From NCBI GenBank assembly GCA_038227875.1, contig JBBRPR010000026.1, positions 32,001-96,000 on the forward strand: DNA of 64,000 bases. The letters run 5' to 3'. The position numbers and the translations under genes were made by a program. The notes beneath the pieces are model-generated. The model ran no database searches. It saw only the letters and a program-made list of their open reading frames with translations, and had not been told where the DNA came from. Below are positions 38,806 to 48,113 of the stretch, piece by piece. Source of the stretch: Planctomycetota bacterium. Its GTDB lineage: Bacteria; Planctomycetota; SZUA-567; H5-PLA8. Positions within the stretch are counted from its first letter, which is position 1. Every line of letters starts with the position of its first letter.

Positions 38806-38828
38806 AAGCGGCCGCAAGGCCGCTTTTT
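38806..38828 (+). terminator. Intrinsic terminator
   Basis: AAGCGGCC-GCAA-GGCCGCTTTTT. Confidence 0.85.
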
Positions 38829-38869
38829 CACGGCGACCTTTTTTGGCGGGCTGCTAATATCTCTTGATC

Positions 38870-39925
38870 ATGAGACACCTCAACTGGCATGGCGAAAAAG
38901 CGCCGGAACTGGTCTTTCAGGAACTCGCGGATTATTGCCGCACGACACCGTTTGAGGCGGACGTCTTCGGAAAAGGCGTATCGCTCAACGCGTTCGAAGC
39001 CCGCGTCGCCGCACTGCTCGGCAAGGAAGCGGCAGTCTTCGTCCCCAGCGGTGTGATGGCGCAGCAGATCGCGCTGCGCATCTACGCCGATCAGACCGGC
39101 CAGCGCACCGTCGGCGTGCATCATAGCACTCACGTGGAGACCAACGAACAGCGCGCGTACGCGCATCTGCACGGTCTGCAGCTGCGGCATCTGGGCGGCA
39201 AGAACGCGCCGATTTACGCTCAGGATCTCCGCGACTGCGGCGAACGGCTCGGCACACTGCTGGTCGAATTGCCGCTGCGCCGCATTGGCGGCATTCTGCC
39301 GGAGTGGGCACCGTTGCAGGAACTGCTCGGCGCCGCACGCGAACGCGGGCTGAAATTGCAGCTCGATGGCGCGCGCCTGTGGGAAGCGCAGGTGTTCTAC
39401 GACCGGCCGCTGGCTGAAATCTGTGCGGGGTTCGATTCGGTGTACGTCTCTTTCTATAAGGGCCTGGGCGGAATTGCCGGCGCAATGCTGCTGGGCTCGG
39501 CCGCGTTTATTTCAGAGGCTCGCGTCTGGCAGCGTCGCCATGGCGGAAATCTGACGACGCTTCATCCGCTGGCCGTCTCAGCGCAGATGAGTTTGGAGAA
39601 GCGGCTGCCCAAAATGAAAGCGTACCGCGACCGCGCGGTGTTTCTGGCCGCAGCGCTGAAGCCGCTGGGCAACGTCGTGATCAAACCCGGGCCGCCGCAG
39701 ACGAACATGTTTCATCTTTACGTCAACGCGACGCAGGAAAAACTGGAGGCCGCGCATCGCCAGATGATGGAGCGCGATGGCGTGAAACTCTGCACGTTTT
39801 TTTTGCCGTCGGACATCCCCGGCTGGACGTACACGGAAGTGGTCGCCGGCGATGCGACGCTGGAATTTTCGGACCGCGAGGCACTGGAAGGGTGGGGGAA
39901 ACTGTTGGCATGGGCGGCAAACTGA
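38870..39925 (+). CDS. Low-specificity L-threonine aldolase family (PLP)
   Basis: LLGKEAAVFVPSG.MA, DGARL, SFYKG PLP-lysine. Confidence 0.9.
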   Translation: MRHLNWHGEKAPELVFQELADYCRTTPFEADVFGKGVSLNAFEARVAALLGKEAAVFVPSGVMAQQIALRIYADQTGQRTVGVHHSTHVETNEQRAYAHLHGLQLRHLGGKNAPIYAQDLRDCGERLGTLLVELPLRRIGGILPEWAPLQELLGAARERGLKLQLDGARLWEAQVFYDRPLAEICAGFDSVYVSFYKGLGGIAGAMLLGSAAFISEARVWQRRHGGNLTTLHPLAVSAQMSLEKRLPKMKAYRDRAVFLAAALKPLGNVVIKPGPPQTNMFHLYVNATQEKLEAAHRQMMERDGVKLCTFFLPSDIPGWTYTEVVAGDATLEFSDREALEGWGKLLAWAAN

Positions 39926-40650
39926 AGGGCCTCTATCTCGAAGACCTGACCTGGCCCGAAGCCGAAGCGGCGTTTCGTGAGTACACCGTCGCCGTGCTGC
40001 CGGTCGGAGCGCGGACGAAGGAGCATGGTTTCCATCTGCCGCTAAAGAACGACTTCGTGATCGCGGAGTACCTTGCGCGGCGCGTGACGGAAAGTTGCCG
40101 CGTCATCACGCTGCCGACGGTGCCGTACGGTTACTACCCGGCGTTCGTGGAGTACCCGGGATCGGTCAACCTTCCCAAAAAGGTCTTTCGCGACACGATC
40201 TGCGAAATCTGCCGCTCGATCGCGGCGCACGGTTTGAAACGAATCTACGTGCTGAACACCGGCATCAGCACCAATACGCCGCTGAAGCTTGCGCGGCGCA
40301 AGTTGCTCGTCGAAGGCATTGCGTTCGAGTACACCGATCTGCATCAGACGCTGACCCAGCTCAAATCCACACTGTTGACGCAGCAAGCCGGGACGCACGC
40401 CGATGAACTCGAGACGTCGATGATGCTTTACATCGCGCCCGAAATTGTAAAGTTGGCGAAAGCGAAAAAGGACGTCCATCCCAACAAGGGCCCCGGCGGC
40501 CTGACGCGAAATCCCAGCGCGACAACGGGCGTTTATTCGCCGACCGGCGCATGGGGCGACCCGACGCTCGCCACGCGCAAGAAGGGTGAGATTTACATCG
40601 AGGCGCTGGTGAAGGAACTGATCGCCGCGGTGGAACGCATGCAGGTGTGA
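39910..40650 (+). CDS. Creatininase-family amidohydrolase
   Basis: LPVG..EHGFHLP..ND, HADELETS, G.WGDP. Confidence 0.88.
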   Translation: MGGKLKGLYLEDLTWPEAEAAFREYTVAVLPVGARTKEHGFHLPLKNDFVIAEYLARRVTESCRVITLPTVPYGYYPAFVEYPGSVNLPKKVFRDTICEICRSIAAHGLKRIYVLNTGISTNTPLKLARRKLLVEGIAFEYTDLHQTLTQLKSTLLTQQAGTHADELETSMMLYIAPEIVKLAKAKKDVHPNKGPGGLTRNPSATTGVYSPTGAWGDPTLATRKKGEIYIEALVKELIAAVERMQV

Positions 40651-40653
40651 TGT

Positions 40654-40714
40654 TGGTGCCACTGGCACGGCCGATCCTTCCCTACGCTCAGGGCCGTCCG
40701 TGCCAGTGGCACCA
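40654..40714. repeat. 17-bp perfect inverted repeat (REP-like; each arm is itself a GTGCCA-N-TGGCAC palindrome)
   Basis: TGGTGCCACTGGCACGG ... CCGTGCCAGTGGCACCA. Confidence 0.8.
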
Positions 40715-40780
40715 CTTGCGCTTTGACTGTTCCAACACATGACTAGTCGCTATAGTTCTCCGGCGTGTTGAGGAGGGTGG

Positions 40781-41611
40781 GTGATGCGTTGGATGCTGTG
40801 TATTCTGGTGCTGGTGGTGACAGGTTTTTCCGTCGCGGCTGAAGACAAGCCGTCAGATCTGAAAGTGGAAGCCAGCGGGCTGCGCGTTATTGCGCCGTTT
40901 TCGGTCAATGACGAAGCGCTTAACGCCTTCGGCAGCCGCACGCCGGGCACCACGGCGACGCTGCTGATCACCTCACCGTCGGATCGCATCGTTCACTTCG
41001 ATCACGCCTCCAGCACGATTACCCGATTCACAGACGACAAGGGCAACGATCTGCTCGCCAAACCGGCCGGCCCCGCGACACCCAATCCTGAAAAAATTGT
41101 CCAGCAGGGCTTGGCACTCTTTCCGCAGATCTCCAAAGACGGCAAGGCCTGCGCCGTGGAAGTCAACGCGCCGGTGCTTCCCGCCAAAGGCAGCACCTCG
41201 ATCAAACTCGCCGGAACGCTGACGCTGGTCTGCGCGTCGGCGACGAAGGAAATCGTGCAGAAAGACGTCCCGGTCAAGAATGGCAGCAAGATCGATGCTC
41301 AAAAACTGGCGCTGACGCTCGTGCAGGTCGGCAAGCCGCTGGTCGGCGACGAACCGCTCTCGATCACGCTCCGATCGCATGAAAGTCTCGACGATCTGGC
41401 CGACGTGAAATTCTTCAAAGCCGACGGCACGGAGATCAAATCCCGCAGCGTGGGTGGTCTGAGCAAAATGGCGGTGCTGGGCGAACTGACCGTGGAATGG
41501 TGCTTCAACCTCGCCGAAATGTCGGACGCCGTGACGATCAAGCTCTTTGTCTGGTCCGACCGGCAGGTCAAGAAGACGAACTTTGAACTGACCATCGGAC
41601 CTGGACTGTAG
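40781..41611 (+). CDS. Hypothetical secreted beta-rich protein
   Basis: GAGGAGG RBS; signal peptide. Confidence 0.78.
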   Translation: MMRWMLCILVLVVTGFSVAAEDKPSDLKVEASGLRVIAPFSVNDEALNAFGSRTPGTTATLLITSPSDRIVHFDHASSTITRFTDDKGNDLLAKPAGPATPNPEKIVQQGLALFPQISKDGKACAVEVNAPVLPAKGSTSIKLAGTLTLVCASATKEIVQKDVPVKNGSKIDAQKLALTLVQVGKPLVGDEPLSITLRSHESLDDLADVKFFKADGTEIKSRSVGGLSKMAVLGELTVEWCFNLAEMSDAVTIKLFVWSDRQVKKTNFELTIGPGL

Positions 41612-41683
41612 TTGCGCGAAGAATTTTCCAAGGAGTGGTCTATAGTCAACATGCCGCAAATTTGCGCCAGCATGACGTGAAAT

Positions 41684-41714
41684 AAAAAGCCCCCTCTTTC
41701 GAGGGGGCTTTTTT
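41684..41714. terminator. Bidirectional intrinsic terminator
   Basis: AAAAAGCCCCCTC-TTTC-GAGGGGGCTTTTTT between convergent genes. Confidence 0.92.
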
Positions 41715-41744
41715 CTACTGCTCAACTTTCACATCTCTATTTAC

Positions 41745-43244
41745 TCACTTCCCCTTCGGCGCGTCCGGTGCGGCTTTCGGGGCGTCCTTGGGAGGTTCCG
41801 GGGCTTTCGGCGCATCGGCCGGCGCGTCGTTGTGATGTTTGCCGCCGCCGTACTTTTCGTCGAGCCACTTGCCCCACTTCGGAATGTCCTGTTCGAAGTC
41901 CATGCCCGTGATGTACTCCAGCGTTTCGGGAATCTTCTTCTTCAGGTCTTCGGGCGTCTTCTTGTCTTTCAACAGGTAGAACAGCGATTCGATCGCTTCC
42001 TTCTTCTGAGCGTCGAACTTCTTGCCTTCCAAGGTCCGCATGGCATACACCGCGGACGCCTTCACTTCCATCGCTGGGTCTTCATCCGTCACCGTAACCA
42101 GCAGAGCGGCACCATCCGAAGCGGCTTTCATATCCATAGCCTTGGCCTTTTTCTGTGTCGTCAGGACGTTGCGTGTCGCACGGACCACGGCGATGCGGAC
42201 GTCTGTGTTCTTCGACGGCTGCTTCAAGTCCAGACAATCCTTGTAGGCCTTCTTCAGCGGTTCCAGCGCGTCGATGGTTCCGATGACGCCCAGCGCATGG
42301 ATGCCGCCGATGACCAGTTTGATTTGTTCGGACTTGGCGACGATGTCCTTGATCGGCTGAAGACCTTCACGTGCGGCCGAACCGTTTCCGTTCTGAATCA
42401 ACTGCGCCAACGCATCCATCACGTTGATCTTCAGATCGTCAGAAGTCTTCTGGTCCGCGAGCAGTTCGATCAATTTCCGGATCGTGGCAATGCCAACCTT
42501 GTCTGCGGCAGTGGCCACTTTCTGGATCAGCACAGAGAGCGCGCTGGCTGCTTTTTCGCGCACGTACGAATCCTGCTCGTTCAAGATGTCGACGATAATC
42601 TGGAGGCCTTCGAGGTCACCGAAATCGCCAATCGCCAGGATACATTCGTTGCGCAGGCCCTGATTTTGTTCGTTTTTGTTGCGTGCAATGTCGACCAGTG
42701 CGCGGAAGCCCACGTCTTTATCCTGAAGTCCATCGGCCGACAAAGTCTGTCGCCAGACCTTGACCACTGCGCGGCGGACGGGAGCCGATTCTCCGCCCAC
42801 ACCATTCCCGGGCGCGTTTTTTAGAATCGCGGCAAACGGTTGAATGGTCTTGTTCTTCGATTTGTGATCACGCGTGACATTTGTTTCTAACGTGCCCAGC
42901 GTAAGAATCGCCGCGACGCGAACCGACGGGTCGTCGTCAACCTTGGTGGCGATGTCGAGCAGTCCTTCGACCACCTTATTATCGCGTTCCTGTTCGGGCG
43001 ATACTCCGCCCAAGCCCTTGATCAGCTCTTCGCGCTCCTCGGAATCCTTCTGCGGATTCTGCGCGCCGGTGATCTTCTCTGCAACGGTTGGCTCCTTCTT
43101 TACGGGAGCTCCGCCGCCGCCCTGTTCGCCTGCGCACACGCGCAACGAACTGGTAGCGATTGTCAGACTCAAGCAGGCCAGCAGGATGCCCAGCAGCCCG
43201 CGCAAATTCGTCTTGAACACTTTTCGTACCTCCACAATCGCCAT
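41745..43244 (-). CDS. Secreted or membrane-anchored HEAT repeat protein
   Basis: Hydrophobic N-terminus; VRVAAILTLG, VREKAASAL repeats; LEYITGMDF...W..W cap. Confidence 0.82.
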   Translation of the reverse strand: MAIVEVRKVFKTNLRGLLGILLACLSLTIATSSLRVCAGEQGGGGAPVKKEPTVAEKITGAQNPQKDSEEREELIKGLGGVSPEQERDNKVVEGLLDIATKVDDDPSVRVAAILTLGTLETNVTRDHKSKNKTIQPFAAILKNAPGNGVGGESAPVRRAVVKVWRQTLSADGLQDKDVGFRALVDIARNKNEQNQGLRNECILAIGDFGDLEGLQIIVDILNEQDSYVREKAASALSVLIQKVATAADKVGIATIRKLIELLADQKTSDDLKINVMDALAQLIQNGNGSAAREGLQPIKDIVAKSEQIKLVIGGIHALGVIGTIDALEPLKKAYKDCLDLKQPSKNTDVRIAVVRATRNVLTTQKKAKAMDMKAASDGAALLVTVTDEDPAMEVKASAVYAMRTLEGKKFDAQKKEAIESLFYLLKDKKTPEDLKKKIPETLEYITGMDFEQDIPKWGKWLDEKYGGGKHHNDAPADAPKAPEPPKDAPKAAPDAPKGK

Positions 43245-43511
43245 CCCATTAGTGCTCGTTGTGCACTAAAACAGCATGACGGGAGCATGTTGGGAAAACT
43301 GCAAGTTTGTAAAGCAATTAACTGCACGCTGTCAACACCGAAAAGCGACGGGCCCAGTTTCGCTCACTCATTCGACTGCATCTTGCGCAATACATTACAG
43401 ACATTCAGACGGAATTAGCAGCGCCGCGTTTAGAACTGCTTTACATCGCGGGGTTGCGTGGTAAGCTACTCTCCTTTCCAAATCCCGAAAAGTTGGCGTA
43501 GAAGGCGGGCC

Positions 43512-44531
43512 ATGCTGTACAAAAACGTCTGCATCGAAGCGTTCGGCTACGAATTACCTCCTAATATCATCACTTCAGCGGCGATTGAGGACAAACTCGC
43601 GCCATTGTACGAGCGCCTGAAGCTGCCTCATGGCCGTTTGATGATGATGAGCGGGATCCGGGAGCGCCGTTTCTGGAACGTCGGCGACACGCCCAGCCAG
43701 GTCAGCGCCCGCGCCGGCGCCGTGGCGCTCAAGAATTCCGACGCCAAGCCCGGCGAGATCGAAGTGCTGCTGCACACCTCCGTCTGCCGCGATTTTCTCG
43801 AACCGGCGTCGGCAACGCTCGTCCACAAAACGCTGGGCCTTTCCCCCGACGTGATGGTCTACGACATTTCCAACGCCTGCCTCGGGTTCCTCAACGGCAT
43901 GGTGACACTGGCCAACATGATTGAACTCGGCCAGGTCAAGAAGGGCATGATCGTCGCCGGCGAAAGCAGCCGCCAGCTGGTGGAATCGACGCTCGAATCG
44001 CTGCTGCAGAATCCCAACGTGACGCGCGACAGCATCAAGGAAGCGTTCGCTACGATGACCATCGGCTCCGGCGCTTGCGCGCTGGTGATGGCTCACGACA
44101 GCGTCTCCAAGTTCGGCCACCGCCTGATGGGCGGCGCGGTGCAGTGCGCGACGGACTTCAACCACCTCTGCCGCGGCAACGCCGGCAACATGGCCACCGA
44201 TTCCGAAACGCTTCTGCAGGAAGGTTGCAACCTCGCTCGCAACACGTGGGCGAAGACCTGCAATCTGCTCGGTTGGACCAATTCGATGGTGCAGCGCGTT
44301 TTCTGCCACCAAGTCGGCATTGCTCATCGCAAGCTGCTCTACAAGACGCTCGAACTGGAACAATCGAAGGACTTCTCGACGGTCGAATACCTCGGAAATA
44401 CCGGCTCAGTCTCGCTGCCGACGACGATGGCCATCGGCACCGAACAATCGCCGCCCAAGAAAGACGACAACATCGCCATGCTCGGCATCGGCTCGGGATT
44501 GAATTGCCTGATGCTCGGCGTGAAATGGTGA
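43512..44531 (+). CDS. oleA: OleA-type thiolase (acyl-CoA head-to-head condensing enzyme; FabH-like)
   Basis: GIRERRFW, LEPASA (catalytic Glu), NACLGF (Cys), HQVG, GNTGS, GIGSGLNC. Confidence 0.85.
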   Translation: MLYKNVCIEAFGYELPPNIITSAAIEDKLAPLYERLKLPHGRLMMMSGIRERRFWNVGDTPSQVSARAGAVALKNSDAKPGEIEVLLHTSVCRDFLEPASATLVHKTLGLSPDVMVYDISNACLGFLNGMVTLANMIELGQVKKGMIVAGESSRQLVESTLESLLQNPNVTRDSIKEAFATMTIGSGACALVMAHDSVSKFGHRLMGGAVQCATDFNHLCRGNAGNMATDSETLLQEGCNLARNTWAKTCNLLGWTNSMVQRVFCHQVGIAHRKLLYKTLELEQSKDFSTVEYLGNTGSVSLPTTMAIGTEQSPPKKDDNIAMLGIGSGLNCLMLGVKW

Positions 44532-44541
44532 GAGTTACGGC

Positions 44542-44626
44542 AATTTTGAATTCTTAATTGTCGCAAGCGCTGGAAAGACGCCGATTGCAGCGCAATTCAA
44601 AATTAAGAATTCAACATTAAAAATTC
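44542..44626. repeat. Hairpin element with AT-rich heptamer arms between oleA and oleB
   Basis: AATTTTG-AATTCTT-AATTG ... CAATTCA-AAATTAA-GAATTCA-ACATTAA-AAATTC. Confidence 0.7.
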
Positions 44627-44644
44627 TCAGTCAGAAAGCTTTCC

Positions 44645-45517
44645 TTGAACGACATCCCCCTTTACCCCTTCACCTCCCACACTATCCCGTTCAACTACGG
44701 CAAGCTCCGATACCACTTCGTCGACGACGGCCCGCGCACGAATGCCCGCGCGGTACTGATGCTTCACGGCAATCCGACGTGGAGCTTCTACTACCGCAAT
44801 GTGATCAACGCGCTGAAAGGCGAGCACCGTTGCATCGTTCCCGATCACATGGGCTGCGGACTTTCCGATAAGCCGCAGGATTATCCGTACACGCTCCAGC
44901 AGCACATCGCCAACGTGCGCAGCCTGATCGAACGGCTCGACGTGAAGGAACTCGACCTGGTGCTCCACGACTGGGGCGGCGCGATCGGCATGGGGCTGGC
45001 GATGCAGATTCCCGAACGCATCCGCCGCATCGTCGTGCTGAACACCGCGGCGTTTCTCTCGCCGCGGATTCCGTTCCGCATCGACATCTGCCGCACGCCG
45101 GTGCTCGGTGATTTTGCGATCCGGGGGCTCAACGCGTTCGCCAAGGCGGCGCTCTTCATGGCCGTCGCGCGCCGCGAAAAACTGACGCCCGAAATCAAAG
45201 ATGGCCTGTTGCTGCCCTACGATTCATGGGAAAATCGCGTCGCGATCTTACGGTTCGTGCAGGACATTCCGATGACGCCGCGCCATCCCACGTGGAAGCT
45301 GATGCAGGACATCGAAGCGGCGCTGCCGCAGTTCAAGAATCGAAAGATGATGATCTGCTGGGGTATGAAGGACTGGTGCTTCGACAAAAGCTTCCTGAGG
45401 ACCTGGCGCGAAAAATTCCCCGACGCGGAAGTCAACGAATTCGCCGACGCCGGTCATTACGTCCTCGAAGACGCCTGGGAGCAGATCGCGCCGAAGATCA
45501 GTGCATTTTTGCGCTAA
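44645..45517 (+). CDS. oleB: OleB-type beta-lactone decarboxylase (haloalkane dehalogenase-like alpha/beta hydrolase)
   Basis: HGNPTWSFYYR, HDWGG, WGMKDWCF, GHY; directly downstream of oleA. Confidence 0.82.
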   Translation: MNDIPLYPFTSHTIPFNYGKLRYHFVDDGPRTNARAVLMLHGNPTWSFYYRNVINALKGEHRCIVPDHMGCGLSDKPQDYPYTLQQHIANVRSLIERLDVKELDLVLHDWGGAIGMGLAMQIPERIRRIVVLNTAAFLSPRIPFRIDICRTPVLGDFAIRGLNAFAKAALFMAVARREKLTPEIKDGLLLPYDSWENRVAILRFVQDIPMTPRHPTWKLMQDIEAALPQFKNRKMMICWGMKDWCFDKSFLRTWREKFPDAEVNEFADAGHYVLEDAWEQIAPKISAFLR

Positions 45518-45613
45518 GTCAGTGAATTTTCATTTTTCATTCGTCTGTTCACAATCCTGAAACGTCCATTAGAACACTGTCTTGGTTTGCCGCCCCGACA
45601 AAAGGACGTTGCC

Positions 45614-46930
45614 ATGCGGATATTCGCGCGTCGTTTTCTTCTGACGATACCCACCGCGCTCGCGGCGCTTACCTGCTCGGCCGCGACAACTCCGCAGCCT
45701 CCGCCTCCATCGCCCGAACCGGAACGTCCGGCCTTGATCGGCGCGACGAACGGCAACCGCGTGGAAGCGCAGAACGAATTCGCTAATACGAACTACGACG
45801 AAGTCGTCCGCGACCTGCTCACCAATCTCGACAAAAGCTTCGCCGCCGCGATGGACAGCGCCATCAAACTCGGCGGTCTCGGCAAGCGCGCCGCTCCTCC
45901 GCTGATCGATACCATCGCCGCGTACTACCTGCGGATGAAAGAAGACCGCAAAGCAAAAGTCCCCAACCCCAAGGCCCCGGTCAATGAACAAGTCGTGCTC
46001 TACAGCGCCATCGCGTTGGCGCGGATCAAATCCGGCGATGCCGCCAAGGCCCTGCTGCCGCTGCTGCAGGACGAAAAGCTGATCACCAACATTCGCTATA
46101 CCTGCGTCACGGCCAACGGAATGGAGTACTCCGACGAAGCCGTCGCGGTGCTGCAGAAACTCGCAGCGAAGGATTCCGACATCGAACTGCGGCGCAAGGC
46201 GTACAATCGGCTGACGTCGATGCCCAAGCAGTGGCTGGCCTCGGAAAAGCTGTTCTTGGAAGCGCTCGACGATCCCGACCTGGACATCCGTACCATCGCC
46301 GCAAAGCAATTCTACTTCGCCGCGCCGGTCTACCGTGATGCGATCGGCACGCTTGTGGCCTTCGTCGAAAAAGAAAACAATGATGCACCGCGCATCCAGG
46401 CCGTCCTGGCCATCGCCCGCATGCGCGCCAGCGAAGCGGTGCCGTTTCTGCTGCGCCTGTATTCCAACGAACAGACGCCGCAAAAAGTGCAGCAGCAGGC
46501 GCTTCGGGCGATCAACGACATCGCCGGCATGAATTTCAAGGATGGCCCTGCGCTCCAGGCTTGGTGGACGAAGTATGGCGAGAAGCAGTACGGCAAGCTT
46601 GAAGTGATGCTGAAAAAAGATCCTGCCGCAGGTGAAAAAACGGCCGCCACCGCTGATAAAACGACCGACAAGGCGCCGGCAAAAACCCCTGATGGCGCGC
46701 TGGAAAAACAGCCCGTCAAAACTGCCGACCCGGACAAAAAGTCCGCCGACACAGTAACACCGCCCGCACCGCCTGTTGCACCGGTTCCGCCCAAGACCCC
46801 GCCGCCGGCTCATCCGCTCAAAGCGATGCCGCTGGACCCGGTGGATGGCGAAATCGTGCGCCCGGAACGTAACCCCGACGCCCCGCCACCGGTTGAAAAG
46901 AAAGAGGACGTGGACGCCGGGAAAAAGTAG
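45614..46930 (+). CDS. Secreted HEAT repeat protein with Pro/Lys-rich tail
   Basis: RRF-hydrophobic N-terminus; HEAT-like repeats; IAGMNF...WW cap. Confidence 0.78.
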   Translation: MRIFARRFLLTIPTALAALTCSAATTPQPPPPSPEPERPALIGATNGNRVEAQNEFANTNYDEVVRDLLTNLDKSFAAAMDSAIKLGGLGKRAAPPLIDTIAAYYLRMKEDRKAKVPNPKAPVNEQVVLYSAIALARIKSGDAAKALLPLLQDEKLITNIRYTCVTANGMEYSDEAVAVLQKLAAKDSDIELRRKAYNRLTSMPKQWLASEKLFLEALDDPDLDIRTIAAKQFYFAAPVYRDAIGTLVAFVEKENNDAPRIQAVLAIARMRASEAVPFLLRLYSNEQTPQKVQQQALRAINDIAGMNFKDGPALQAWWTKYGEKQYGKLEVMLKKDPAAGEKTAATADKTTDKAPAKTPDGALEKQPVKTADPDKKSADTVTPPAPPVAPVPPKTPPPAHPLKAMPLDPVDGEIVRPERNPDAPPPVEKKEDVDAGKK

Positions 46931-46957
46931 TCCGGGAACACCGAGACAAATGGTGCG

Positions 46958-48001
46958 ATGAATTCTCCAGCAGCGACCACCGCACCGATGCCGGGCCCGC
47001 GCGCCGGGCTTTCGGCGTCCGTTCCAGTGCCCGCCAATTTCGCGCAGCTTGCGGCAACGGTGATTCTTGCGCTGGCGCTGAGCATGCTGCTCTTTGCGCT
47101 CTGGGATGGTCGCGTCCCTGCCGTTGCGCAGTGGACCGCGCGAGAATGGCGCGTGCTGCCGTGCGTCAGCATCTATCTGGTCACGGCTGTGATGGCACTT
47201 TGCATCCAGTCGGCCATTCCCAACGAACGCCTCGTGCTGTACGCCGGACTGCTGGCCTTGAGCACTTCGGTGGCGCTGCTCTCGCTGCGTCCTGAACCCG
47301 CGCCGCGCACGCCCACCTTCGAACGACGCTCTATAAAGGGAGAACCCGCGCCGCCAGAAAAGGCCGAAGTGGCGGAGAAAGTGCGCGGTATCCGCGCAGC
47401 GCCGACGACGGTCTTCAACTTCATCGGTTTCGCCGCCGCATTATTTTCGGCAGTGTTGCTCGGCACGTGGTTGGGACGCGGTATGCGCCAGCCGCTGCAT
47501 TTTCTGATGCTCGTGCTCTGCGCCGTTTCAGGTAACGCCTGGATGGCAACCGTGGGGCTTGGTCACGATCCGGCGGCCTCATACGCGTCCAGCGGTGTGT
47601 TAAGCCTGCTCAGTATTCCCTGGCCCAGCGGCGCGCCGGCGAATTTCTGCCCGACCGTACTCGAGTTGCTGGTGCTCTGCACCGTGCTGGAAGGCGCGCG
47701 CGTGCTCAAGCTCCACCGCTTCTCGATGTTCCTCGGCGCTGGCGCCGGTTATTGCGGCGGCGCGTTTCTCGCTCTGGATCCGTGGCCGGCCTGGCCCGTC
47801 CCCGGCGTGTTGATGTGCGCGTCCGGTATCCTCATCGCGTCGTGGCCCGACCTCCGCATCACGCGCCGCGATGTGTTGAAATCGATCCTCGCCAGTCTTT
47901 CGCTGCTGGTCGTGCTGCTGGCGCTCACGGTCCTGCGCCAGCGCCTGGTCCCCGAGCCGGAACCGGTGCAGGATGTGTTCCGCTACAAAGGAAGCACCTG
48001 A
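46958..48001 (+). CDS. Hypothetical integral membrane protein
   Basis: Multiple hydrophobic segments. Confidence 0.72.
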   Translation: MNSPAATTAPMPGPRAGLSASVPVPANFAQLAATVILALALSMLLFALWDGRVPAVAQWTAREWRVLPCVSIYLVTAVMALCIQSAIPNERLVLYAGLLALSTSVALLSLRPEPAPRTPTFERRSIKGEPAPPEKAEVAEKVRGIRAAPTTVFNFIGFAAALFSAVLLGTWLGRGMRQPLHFLMLVLCAVSGNAWMATVGLGHDPAASYASSGVLSLLSIPWPSGAPANFCPTVLELLVLCTVLEGARVLKLHRFSMFLGAGAGYCGGAFLALDPWPAWPVPGVLMCASGILIASWPDLRITRRDVLKSILASLSLLVVLLALTVLRQRLVPEPEPVQDVFRYKGST

Positions 48002-48010
48002 GGAGTAGCT

Positions 48011-48075
48011 GTGAGTTTCAAGTGTTGAGTTGTGTTGCAATTGGGCCTCGCACTCTCAACTCAAAACTCAAAACT
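48011..48075. repeat. Hairpin element with TGAGTTT/CAAAACT-type heptamer arms
   Basis: GTGAGTTTCAAGTGTTGAGTTG ... CTCAACTCAAAACTCAAAACT. Confidence 0.65.
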
Positions 48076-48113
48076 GTCGTGTTAAATTCCATCCTCCCGA
48101 TAAAACTGGTCCT

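Noticed and set aside
44645..45517. True haloalkane dehalogenase
   Set aside because: Its position directly after oleA favours OleB, although the sequence alone cannot exclude dehalogenase activity.
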